64,000 nucleotides of DNA from the human T2T-CHM13v2.0 reference genome, Homo sapiens. The translations under genes and the position numbers were made by a program. This document shows positions 31,532 to 47,440 of this stretch, one piece after another; positions within the stretch are counted from its first letter, which is position 1; every line of letters begins with the position of its first letter. The notes below the pieces were generated by a model. That model was not told the DNA's origin and did not search any database. It worked only from the letters and a program-made list of their open reading frames with translations. The stretch is taken from the NCBI RefSeq assembly GCF_009914755.1, contig NC_060926.1; one strand, written 5' to 3'.

Positions 31532-33281
31532 AATATCAGCTATTATAATGAGCCAACAAACATTAATTGCAAATCTAGCCAACATCTCGCCTTTCCAAAT
31601 TTTGGGACTTTTTGTTGAACTCTGATTTTGAAGGAAATTTTTAAAGTCTTTGCTAAATTAAAATCTATTTTTAGAAACACTATATGGTACATATAAAGAT
31701 GCACACACTATATTCTTAAGTGAAAAAGGAGAGTTACAATAGAATATGCCCAGTAGATCAAAATGTTGTCTCTAAAAGTACATACGCACAGACCAAAAAA
31801 TAAGAATAATTTTTAAATACAGGAACATATCATAAAGTAACCATCATTTACATGTGATTTCCCTTTTCTGTATCTCCTAAATTTAACACAATGAATGGGT
31901 GTTACTTTTATAATCAGGGAAAGTATCCTCAGAGTTTTTTGCTTGTTTTAATAATAAGATCAAATAAAATACTATGATTGTCAGCCAATCACACTGTCTC
32001 TTCCTTTTAGTTTGACAAGCTGACCAATGTATTTCGTAGGACTGCCATTTCTCACACAACAGAGGAACATAGGTGGAGCTACAGAAAATACGAAAATTAG
32101 GAAGACTTAAGAGGAGGGAAAGAACTGATAACACAAGCAGCAAATTGCAGAAGTTGGCAGAAATTGGAAAAAGAAACAGAAGCAGTGAGTAGCAAACAAG
32201 ACTTCTGTTAAGGAAACCACCCTGAGCAGTCACCCAGAGCAGTGACTAAAAAAAAAAAAAAAAAAAAAAAGACAAAAAAGAAAAAGAAAAATATCTACAG
32301 TCAGAAAAGCCGCCTATATCATTATCATTGACCTGGGAGATAAATCAGGTGACTTCTGCTCTTTCTCTCTAAAAAGAGTTTGTCCCTTGCAGGGATATCA
32401 ACAAAAGAAATTTAGAAATTCAGCATCTATGTTCACTTGCTAATGCATATATACATGTGCTATGTGTGAGAATACGTGATAAGAGTACTTTAGCACAGGT
32501 TACACAGTCATGAAAACCTATGTGCTATATATTATCTAGCTCTACATCTGTCTTTTATAGGGAACAGCAAGTAGAGAAGATCTTTTAGAAATATTCCTAT
32601 AACATAAAGTTAATACATGAAAGATTAAAATCAGAATATTTTCCTATCAAAAATGATAGATTTCTGTGAGTTATAGAGAGCCAAGATTTTCAGTAAAACA
32701 AAGTAATATCTCAATTACCCATAAAATGCAAATCTAGTCATATAGCTTTGAAAAGCCATGGTAAAGATTTTTAAAATAAGCATTTATTTCCAGTGATCAA
32801 AACGAACTTGTTTTAAAATTTGAATATTAAGAGTCTCTTTAAAATTATATTCCTATGCTAATGGGAGAAACAAAGTCCATGGGATTTTAGAATGGAAAGA
32901 CATTAGAATATTAACTAGACATATGATGTGAATACCAATCTCCCTTTTTGGAGGATTGTTTTAAAAATCAAATGAGAATACAGATAACGTGCCTATCACA
33001 GTGCCTGCCAGAGTGTAAATGTTCAACATACGTTATGGTTGAAATTGTTAAGATCATATTAAAATGTTATTTCTCTGGTGATTGAGATCATTCCAGAAGG
33101 TAAGGCTTTCTGTTTTGCATGTTTTGTTACAGTCTCCATCCTTTTCTGTTGGGTACTTAATATTTACTTAGAGATGTTTAGTAGACAAAATTTCTTGACA
33201 AAAAGAAAATAGCATTCTCACATAATCTCAGAGTTGTCTCTGATGAATGTAAGTTCCCCTTTTGATTTTCACTATTTCTAG

Positions 33282-33597
<316 letters not shown>

Positions 33598-34174
33598 AAA
33601 GGTAAGTATTTTTTATGACCAACTTTAATTTGCTCAAAATGCAGCACTGAAAACTTAGTATGTCCAATTAGATAATACCTTCCTTCCAGAAGTTTTTTAA
33701 AAAGATTTTTAATATGTATAGCTATATTTTATTTAATTCTACAAATATGCTTTAAAGACACTTGGTATGGAAAAGTCTTTGTCTCATGGATAGTGGTGAT
33801 GGAATGACTCAATTATCCTCAAATTTTCCTCCATATGTATAAATAGATCTAATACTACCTTCCAGAAAAGTAAGATTTATATTACTTTCTGAAGAAATAA
33901 AAGGCTAAAACAATCATGTAGACTTCATAACTGGCAATGAAATACTTTCCTATGAACTATGTATTAAAATAAGAAGGGAAAGATTTTAATAATTGTTAAA
34001 AGTGACAAGCAGGTTGCAAGAATTTGAGATTAATTCACAAAAGTAAACTGATTCAAAAAATAGGTTAGGTAGAGGCAAAACAAAACACAAAAGCAAAAAG
34101 AGGCTATAGTTGTTCCAGAAGAAAGTTCTAGATTGATTCATATAATTAGCAAATGTACAAATCAAAAAAGTGCC

Positions 34175-34472
34175 TTTTTTTTTTTTTTTTGAGACGAAGT
34201 CTCGCTCTATTGCCCAGCCTGGCGCGTAGTGGTGCGATCTCAGCTCACTGCAACCTCTGCCTCCCAGGTTCAAGCAATTCTCCTGCCTCAGCCTCCTGAG
34301 TAGCTGGGACTACAGGCATGCGCCAACACGCCCGGCTAATTTTTTGTATTTTTTAGTAGAGACAGGGTTTCACCCTGTTAGCCAGAATAGTCTCCATCTC
34401 CTGACCTCATGATCCTCCTGCCCTGGCCTCCCAAAGTGCTGGGATTACAGGCGTGAGCCACCACCCCCGGCC
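34175..34472 (-). mobile_element. Alu (Sc/Y-like)
   Basis: TSD aaaaaagtgcctttt. Confidence 0.92.
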
Positions 34473-34499
34473 AAAAAAGTGCCTTTTAAAAGTGATTGT

Positions 34500-36690
<2,191 letters not shown>

Positions 36691-38048
36691 AAAAAGTGTG
36701 TAGGATGATTTGAGGACAGAATTGACTGGGTGATAGTTATTAAAGATTCCACCGTTTTAATTTCACCATATAAAAATTATGCCACACTACTAAAACAACT
36801 AAACCTGATTAAATTTTTACCTTCAACTGAGACTACTAAATGTGACAATGCCACCCCAAAAGCGGAAGGCATAGTAATTAAGCCGAAGTTCTAGCAATAA
36901 ATTTTAGTGGGTCTTAGTCACTCTGGTAAGAAATGTAATACATTAATCTACTTAAACATTTTCTGAGTGCTTGCTACATTTCAGCCAGAGGTATAGAGAT
37001 CAGTAAGTTCTGCCAGTTTACTGGGTAAGGTACCTGAGTCAATTTTCCGGAGTATGAACAAGGTCCATCCATAAAATGTCTCAAATCTTTCCGATGTATT
37101 TTGTCGTTGCTGTTTGGATGAACCCCCAAAAGAGGATTTTATGAAAATAGTCAATGTTCTTATGTATATTCATCCTCCAAACCTAGTATTCCACTACTGT
37201 TTTGACAAATGTTAGCTACTTTTTACACACTTCAAACATGCAGATGTTATGCAAGTAGGTAACTTTTTAAAGGTCAGCTGAAGAATCTTTGACAAAAATA
37301 ATTACAAAATATATGAAAACTGAAATCATATTGGTAGTATCTTGGCCTTTTCTGCAATTCTAATTTATTTTGAAAGTGCTATATAACACGCCTTAAGACG
37401 GTTCTGGGAAATGTACATAGTATTCATTCTTAAATGAACTACTTGTCAGTTTAACATTTTGCAAAATCTTCATTTTCATTCACAAGTTGATTCCAGCCAA
37501 TCTATTTCGTGGAACAAAAACATTAATTTTAAAATAACTAAATACAAAAATAAGGTTAATATACCTTTAAATTTAAAAAGGCAATGATGCAAGTTAGTTA
37601 CTAAAAAGAATTACTATAGTTAGCAATACATTTTTTACTAAAATAAACACTTATCTCTTCTTGGTTTATCATAAAATATATTTACTTCATTAAAAACTAT
37701 TGGCACCCAAGGTATACTAAACATAAATCTAGCTGATCTCTTCCAGTTGTTGCAGATGTTCAAACACATTTTACATCCTTAGAATAAACGTGACAGACAA
37801 TCATGCAACAAAGGCACTCTGTAAGAGTCACATGTCAATATACTAGGTAACAAACCAGTTACCTTAACAATCCTCTACCCCTACCACCTGGTGAACTGTA
37901 GAATACTGGGGGTGTTTTCACTTTTTCACAGACTTGTGGCAAGAGATATATTTATTATTGCTACAACTAACATAGTGCTTTACACATTACATACACCAAA
38001 TGTATTTCTTTAACAAACAATGTATTAAGCAAAGTTTTATGCAGTTTA

Positions 38049-38193
38049 CCTTTCTATTCTCCTTATTTTCTTGAAGGTATTTTTCAAATAGATGAAGAAA
38101 ATATACAAATTACTTCAATTCTCCTTTCTATTCTTATTTTCTTGAAGGTATTTTTCAAATAGATGAAGAAAATATACAAATTACTTCAATTCT
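38049..38193. repeat. Tandem duplication, 74+71 bp
   Basis: Two copies identical except a 3-nt indel. Confidence 0.95.
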
Positions 38194-38504
38194 ATCTGCC
38201 CATCAGATTGTGTTCCAGAAAAATTCAATCAATTAGCCATTAAGAAAATAATGTATATTCATTTCTCCACATTCCTCAAATGTTGTATTTGTCATTTGCT
38301 TATTCTGTGCTGTTAGTTTTTGTGTATGTGCCCGAGGCTATACATTTAGTCTTATGAAAATATCTGAATATAAATTAGGTCCCTTTTACATTTTATTAAC
38401 AGGAATCTTTACAAGTTCTTGTCACACCTTTATCATTCTTATTCTTGACATTTTAATCATCTTTTCATACCAACTAAAATAGGTACTATTTAGTATATAC
38501 TTAC

Positions 38505-38717
38505 TATTCCAATATCAAAATGATTTCACTTGTATTTTCATAGACCTCATGAAGATTAATAACACGGGGACAAGACTTTGCCAATTCAAGCACAGCAATC
38601 TCGTGTAAAATTTCTGCTCGACAATCCTGTCCTCTTCTTCTCTTTTTTAGAAATTTTGCAGCATATTCTTGGCCAGTAGATTTTGATATACATTGTCTAA
38701 CCACAGCAAATTTTCCT
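38505..38717 (-). CDS. STK17B: STK17B exon 3 (GKFAVV Gly-loop end, AAK lysine, basic loop KKRRRG, helix C)
   Basis: 213 nt; acceptor cccag|, donor ATA|GTAAGT; ORF track 38504..38737. Confidence 0.98.
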
Positions 38718-38986
38718 CTGGGGGAAGATGAGAACAATCAATTTTAATTTTTCTGCAGAGAACAACGTTAGTATATTACAGATTCTGTTATACCTCCAAC
38801 TTAAAGTCAATTCTTTGAAATATCTGTGTCATTAGGAATTTATCTTTGTTCTCTAAATTGATTCAAATATCATACGTACTTTTATAAAATTTATAGTGCT
38901 ATCACGTACAAATGTAAATGGCAAACTATAACAACAGGATAAGACAGAATTATATTTATTCTTCACTACTAAAATGATACATTATC

Positions 38987-39233
38987 TTGGGAGGCCGAGG
39001 CAGGCAGATCACTTGAGGTCAGGAGCTCAAGACCAGCCTGGCCAACATGGCAAAACCCTGTCTCTACTAAAAATATAAAAATCAGCCAGGCGTTGTGGCG
39101 CATGCCTGTAATCCCAGCTACACAGGAGAATCTATTGAATCTGGGAGGCAGAAGTTGCAGTGAGCCAAGATCATGCCACTGTACTCCAGCCTGGGTGACA
39201 GAGTGAGACTGTCTCAAAAAAAAAATAAAAAAA
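38987..39233 (+). mobile_element. 5'-truncated AluS with internal deletion
   Basis: TSD gatacattatc. Confidence 0.9.
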
Positions 39234-40795
39234 AGATACATTATCATTGCAGGGAAATAATCTCATTTGCACACCAACTCCATGCCATGCTCTTGATATA
39301 AATTATTGTGTTTAAGTATCACAACAATCCTATATAATAAATGCTCTCCTGTTCTTCACACCTCAGAGAAGATATGTAATTTAGTCAAGGTAAAGATTTA
39401 AACTCAGGTCTATTTCCAAAAACTGTACCCTTCATAGGGTATCATGTTAACTCTCTAATTAGAATAGCTTACCTTTAAATATAAGAAATTAAAGTGAATG
39501 CAAAAATGGGTATTTGACTTATTTAATTTTATTAGTAATTTTTCCTTTCAACACAATTTTTACCACCTTTGAAACTATCACAATTGTCAATTGTTTTAGC
39601 AATATGTCTCTTAGTAATGCTCAGTAGTCTTTGAAGCCTGTAACAGATAACTAAGGTATATGTGTCCTACAGAAAATATTCAAAGATACTTCATGATAAA
39701 CTAAGAAAATAATGGTTATCACAGCTATGTACAAACACACCCATTAAGGTCATGTTTATCATTTTAGAAATAAGTATGCTTTTAGCTCTCTCCAATGGCA
39801 GTGCTTAGTACCTCTGCCAAAATTTAAAGACACCGAAAATTCATTTCTATTGGCATACGTGTTACTGTAAGTCTACAGCGGCCAAAAATTTATTTTCACA
39901 AAAGCCTAAAGCTATTCTGAGTCAAGGATTATTTTGGGAAATTAATAAAAGCTATTCTATTGACTGCCTACCCAGAAAAATATACACAAGCCCTTAAATA
40001 GGAAGTTTTACATATAATTCCAGAGGGTTTTCAGATCTTAAAGCCCATCCATAAACCTTATAAGGCTGAGTATAGGGGATCCAAAATTAAGAACCTCTAC
40101 CTTAAATTTTGAATTACTCTCTGGATTCTGATACTAACAAATCAGGTATAAATAAAAGATCTTTAGGAAGCAATGTTTGTTCCATAACTCCTCTTGCCTC
40201 AATTCCCTTCAATATATTTCTAACACAGTCTATCAGACTCTTAGCATGGAAAACAAAACTTGGTGTTTAGGGGGTACGGGGTGGAAACTGGGGGACTACA
40301 CTGCTTGACTGTATTTTACTAGCTATTCGCAAAGGCCAAGATGACAAAGAGTCCTACTTTTTATTACCCAAATTTCCTCAAAATTGATGCCAGTGGAAAG
40401 TACTGGAAATCAAACTATAATTTGACTCTTCTACATTTATCAAAATATATTAATACATCAACTAAATAAATTTGCATATAAAAACCTGATTCTTTGAAAG
40501 CAGTTTTAAGATTTGAGAATGTTTAACTATAAAATATTTTCTCATTGTATGCAGAAGGAATACAAATTGATGGGTTTCGATGAGCACACACACACAAAAA
40601 TTAGTCCCTTTATATTCAATCCACTGGTGTTTCATAAATTTTATACTGGATAAATTGAGTCAGAATAAGATTAAATACCTCATGAAAGCTCATAAATGGA
40701 ATCGGAGCCTCAAGAATAAAACTGTGAAATGTGAATTCCTAACTTTCTGTTCTAATCACTATAAAACAATTCCTCCCTTTAAAATAGTTTTGTTG

Positions 40796-41679
<884 letters not shown>

Positions 41680-43546
41680 AAGAGGCTTTCTTAAACAAGT
41701 ATAGTACTCATTAATCCAGGGCAAAGGTGACCAAATGATGTGGATAATGATTTATTTATTTGTCAACGTTCACCACTAAGTAAAAGCTCCATGAGGGCAG
41801 GGACCATATCTGTCCTAATTATTATGGTAATTATAAAATCTACAGTTTGTTAACACATAATAGGAACTGAAATATCTGTTGAATGAATGCCAGAAATATG
41901 TACCCACTATAATACCATATACTGTGCTATTCTGTATCCTGTACTTAAAGTGTTTGTATTTCTTAAAAGATTGAGATTCCAATAAAATTATATATATGTG
42001 TGCGTGTGTATTCATTTATATACTATGAAGGTAAACATTTTTACCATAATTATCAGATGACTTAGGAAAAAAACCAAATATTTGTTTTCCATTCTAAAAT
42101 GCTATAGTTTAAAAGTATAAAAAATGATCTTTAAAATATGTTTCTATTCCAAATGTAATTGAAACATTTAAGAAAAGTTAAAGCATTTAAAAATAATCCT
42201 TAAGTTATACCCTAAAAAGGCAAGGCTAACTAGATTTCCCAGCAGCGAAAAGGTCTAGTAGTTACCCTTCTGCATTCCCCTTCTGCATTCTAGAATACAC
42301 AATAAAATGTGAAAGGAGGCGGGAGGGTAAGCCACAAAGGAAGCTGACGTTTATTTCTGAATCTGCCTCACCCTTCTAACCACAAGAAGTCCTATGAAAC
42401 CTTTGCCTCAGTTGGGGGAGGGGTAGAAAAAACTTACCCAACATGTTAAAAAACAGGAACAATTCAAGTTTTTTGAGAATAGTAAAAAATGAACTGTTAA
42501 CTTTTACATAATTTCCTTTAATTTGCTAAAGGAAAATGAATTATTAAACACTAACACTCTGAAATAAAAAAGTTGATTCAGAAAGATAACTTTCAAAATG
42601 TGCAAACCTCAGAAGAAATGATTATGATTCTAATTTCCATTTCACAAAAGCATAGGATATTAAAATTGGTAACAATATTGAAAGAACTTTCAGTACATTC
42701 TTGGCAGATGAAAAGCCATGATTTCTAATTTATCAAGATCTAATAATTAAACATATCAATATTTACCATGTGACTCATTAGCCCATATCAATTCAAAAGA
42801 AAGATGTTACTTGGTCTCTTTCATAAAGATATTTTAAAATGGGAATTTAGCAATCAATCTAAATTTGCTTTAATCAAATTCTATCATGAGTTTTTGATCT
42901 AAAATTCTAAAAAGTATGCCTAATTCAACTTTATTTATGGTGGCACCTCATTTATAAAGCAATTTAGAATTACTAATATCATCCTCAAAGTTTAAATTAT
43001 CCAAAGCCCTCAAAGCAAAAATACTTTATAGATTTTTTAGCTCCTATAATGTCCCCAATTTTGAAAAGTTAATTTAAAAAATGTAAGTAAATTTACTCAT
43101 CAAATAGTAACTCAGAAAAATAGAAAAGAAAGTGACTTTTATTGTGTGTACTGTTCAAGACTTGCATAATATTCATTTCCCCATCGCTGAAGCATTCAAA
43201 CTGAGGCTGGATAACAGTTTGTTCGGGAAATTATAGGAAAGATTGCTGCGCTGCATACAAACATTGTATTAGTAAGACCACGGACCACTGAAGTCTTTCC
43301 AATGCAGAGATTCTATGGTTCAATGTGAGATACAGGAAACTTAAAAAAAAGAAAAAGAAAAAAAGAAAAAAAAAACCTTTCTTCCTATTATAATGCAAAA
43401 TGAAGTAATTAAGATTTAGAACAATTTCTTAAAAACATTTTAAAAGGTTCTAAAAACTCTATCTTTTAATACACCATTAAAACACCCAAATATTTTGCAC
43501 ATTAAATTAGTATGCCAGGAATTATGAAATGTGCTTTTGTATTTAA

Positions 43547-43881
<335 letters not shown>

Positions 43882-44549
43882 AGATATTATAATTCTTATT
43901 TTGCAAAAGAAAGGCTGCATCCAACATCTGCAACGTGAAAAAGCCAGGACTTGCCTCTGCCCTTAAGGTAAAAGGCCACCAAGAATGAAATTACTTTTCA
44001 TGATTCAGTCAACTTTTCTTCTCACATCGAGATTTTCAAAGACAAAAATCAATCACATTGTTTTGCTGCACATTTATCAACACAAATATGGACTTAGTAA
44101 ACCATTTAACATACAACAAAACATTTACCTCCAGAACTAAAATCAAACTGAAAATACATGATGACTACCATCTTCCAACCCTTCATTAAGCACCTTTAAT
44201 TTAAAGCTCAAAAGATGCTGAATATATAACTTAAATAACTTGGTATATCTTTTATAACTTTTCATATATTAAAATGGTAGTACAGAATGGTTTCATAATA
44301 TCATGTCACTCCTTGGCCGTACAGAGTTTATACACTGGTTAAGAGAAAACAATTTGTAAAGGCTTTTTACTTATAAACCACTCATTTGTTGTGACATAGA
44401 ATCAGACTATGAAATATGAATTCATTCTTTTTGTTCAACTTAGGAGAGGGGGAGAATCTCCCTATTTCTTCTTCTTCTTCTTTTTTTTTTTTTTTTAAGC
44501 CAAGCACAATACCCTAGGAATTTAAAAAAATATTTCATTTAACAAAAAC

Positions 44550-45060
44550 TTACAGAGCACTGTACTAGGCACTTTACAAATATTAACTAACTTAATCCTC
44601 ATAACAACCATATAAGACAGACACAATTATCTTCACCCCTACTTTTCAGATGAGGAAACGACAGCACTAAGAGGTACAGTAGGCAGGGCGCAGGGGCTCA
44701 CACCAATTATCTCAGCACTTTGGGAGGCCACGGCCAGAGGATTGCTTGAACCCAGGAGTTGGAGACCAGCCTGGGCAACATGGAGAAACCCTGTCTCTAC
44801 AAAAAACCAGCCCAGTGTGGTGGTGTGTGCCTGTAGTCCCAGCTACTTAGGAGGCTGAGGTGGCAGATCCCTTGAGCCCAGGAGACAGGAGGTTGCAGTG
44901 AGCCAAGATCATGTCACTGCACTCCAGCTTGAGCAACAGAGTGAGACCCCGCCACAAACAAAAATTAAAAAAAGAGGTACAGTTATTTAGTTGAAGTCAC
45001 ACACCTAGTAACTGGTGGAGTCCAAACTTGAACTCGGCAGTCCACTATGCTGAGCTGCCT
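44550..45060. mobile_element. MIR interrupted by AluJ (44682-44973, +)
   Basis: TTAATCCTCATAACAACC...TTTTCAGATGAGGAAAC MIR core; Alu TSD aagaggtacagt. Confidence 0.8.
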
Positions 45061-45327
45061 CTTCCCATGCACAGCCTCATGTAACGACAGAGACCTCCTA
45101 TCAGAGGCTCTGAGGCTAGGTAGGATGTATGATTTAAGTTCACTAAACCCTCCACAGATTTGATTTTCAAGTCAGTTAAGACTGGACCCTAGGTAACAGC
45201 AACAGAGATCACAACTTTCCTTCCTAATCATTGTTAAATAATGATCCCAAGTGAGTTTTATAGAATTATAAAAACACAAATCCAAAATTTGAATTTAGAT
45301 GGCATACACGTCATATGGTTTTCTTAC

Positions 45328-45449
45328 CTCCCTAGCTCTTTAGATGTAAGTATATAGAAATTATTAAAGTTTTCCATTTTTATTGGAATTTGAGGAGTTG
45401 TAGTTAGTAGGCCTGAAATACTTCGGCAATCAAATCTCCTCCTCGACAT
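45328..45449 (-). CDS. STK17B: STK17B exon 2 coding part (aa 1-41, MSRRRFDCRS...SKELG-R); whole exon 45328-45493
   Basis: ATG at 45449 in context CCTAACATG, in-frame TGA upstream; acceptor catag| at 45494/45493; donor GAG|GTAAGA. Confidence 0.97.
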
Positions 45450-45822
45450 GTTAGGTGATTCCCAGGTCTGCTTCTTTAGTCACTTATTTTTACCTATGCA
45501 AAAAAAGAGAATACAGAGAAAAGATGTTATCTCAGGCAGGATGTGCATTACATTACACAGCTCCAAATATAGCTATAAAATACAACTAAAAAAAAAAAAG
45601 ATTTAAAGAGCACATTCTATCCACAAGGAGGAAAAAACAAAAAGCATACACATAAACCATAATAACACTATGGCACTTGAACGAAGTTACTGACTTCATT
45701 TCAGAATAAAACTACGGTAAAAATCCTCTCAATTTAAAAAAAATAGTTATGATAAAATTATAATGCAAACAATCACTTAGTTTCATCATAAAACTCCATT
45801 CTTTAAAGTTATAGAGGTTTCA

Positions 45823-46145
<323 letters not shown>

Positions 46146-47116
46146 AGTTATAGGTTTCACATAATAGGTAATTTAATACGACAAGATAATAATTATTCAT
46201 TTTAAACTTATTTTCACATGGCTAAAGAAATTTGGTGGTAAATGCACATATTGTGAGTTATATTACTGACGTGAAGGACTACAAGAAATAGAACTTCTTC
46301 CACGGATTGGCTATGTTTCAGTACTAAACTCAGAAACTCTCAAAGGTCTTAAGAGTCCCTCCTTTGACAGGACCTAGCACAGAGCCTGCTATGTATGAAG
46401 TGCTCAATAATTTTGTTGGAAGAGTGACTAACCTATACATAAAGCTTTATTTCGAAGTTCTGTATCTGAAGCTCATATATGTATCTGGAAATTTGTGATG
46501 TTTATATGCATTCAGTGTTATCAAAACTATTATATTAATTGCATTCATAAAACAATAACAGATACTATATTTCAAGACACTTATGACTTATTGCTATGCC
46601 TACTTAATAAAATATCAATTATTATTCTTTTAGCACCCTCCTGTAGTAACCCGCTAAGCATTTGTTCCTCCTCTGACATCTTTTTTTCCTATTTTCTACT
46701 TATATGTACTGTTCTTTATCTTCTTAAATTCAAATGCCAACTATAGTCTACTTAGCCAAAAAGCAGTGTCATTAGAGTTCAGCGTTTTCAGTTTCTACAT
46801 TTTCTCTTCTTGGTGTTATTCTCAAATTATGAACGCGTCACTGCAGTTCAGCCTGGGCGATAGATGGAGACCTTGTCTCAAAAAATTAAATTAAAATTAT
46901 AGCTTTCACATAACTAGATAGTAAAATTGTTTTCTCTACATCTCTTAGTCTTTGGGGAAACAGCTCTAACTAGTTTTGGGGTACATCTCTAGGAGTCAAA
47001 GGGTTGTAGTGTAGCATTCTGAGAATAACCTTTAGACTGAAAGACACCTGGGTCTGAATTCCATTCATCCATCATACCAGCTATGAGACCTTAATTAAAT
47101 TATTTAACTTTGCTAT

Positions 47117-47440
47117 TGTTATGGGCTGAATTGTGTCCTCCCCCAAATTCCTAAGTTGAAAAACCCTAACCCCTGTATCTCATAATGTGACTGTCTTTGG
47201 AGACAGGGCCTTTAAAAAGGTGATTAAGTTAAAATGAGGTCATTAAAGTGGGCCAATTAGGACACAGACACACACAGAGGAAAGACTATGTGAACACACT
47301 AGGAGAAGGCAGCCATCTACAAGCCAAGAGGGCAGGCCTCAGAAGAAACCAACCCCGCAGACACCCTGATCCCAGATTTCTAGCCTCCAGAATCGTTGAG
47401 AAAATATACTTCTGTTAAGTCGCCTGATCTGCGGCAACAC
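47117..47440 (+). mobile_element. MLT1A/B-type MaLR solo LTR
   Basis: TGTTATGGGCTGAATTGTGTCC...TTTGGAGACAGGGCCTTTAAA...CTAGCCTCCAGAA. Confidence 0.85.

Noticed and set aside
45450-45493. N-terminal extension of DRAK2 from a non-AUG start in exon 1
   Set aside because: An in-frame TGA lies 11 codons upstream of the ATG within exon 2
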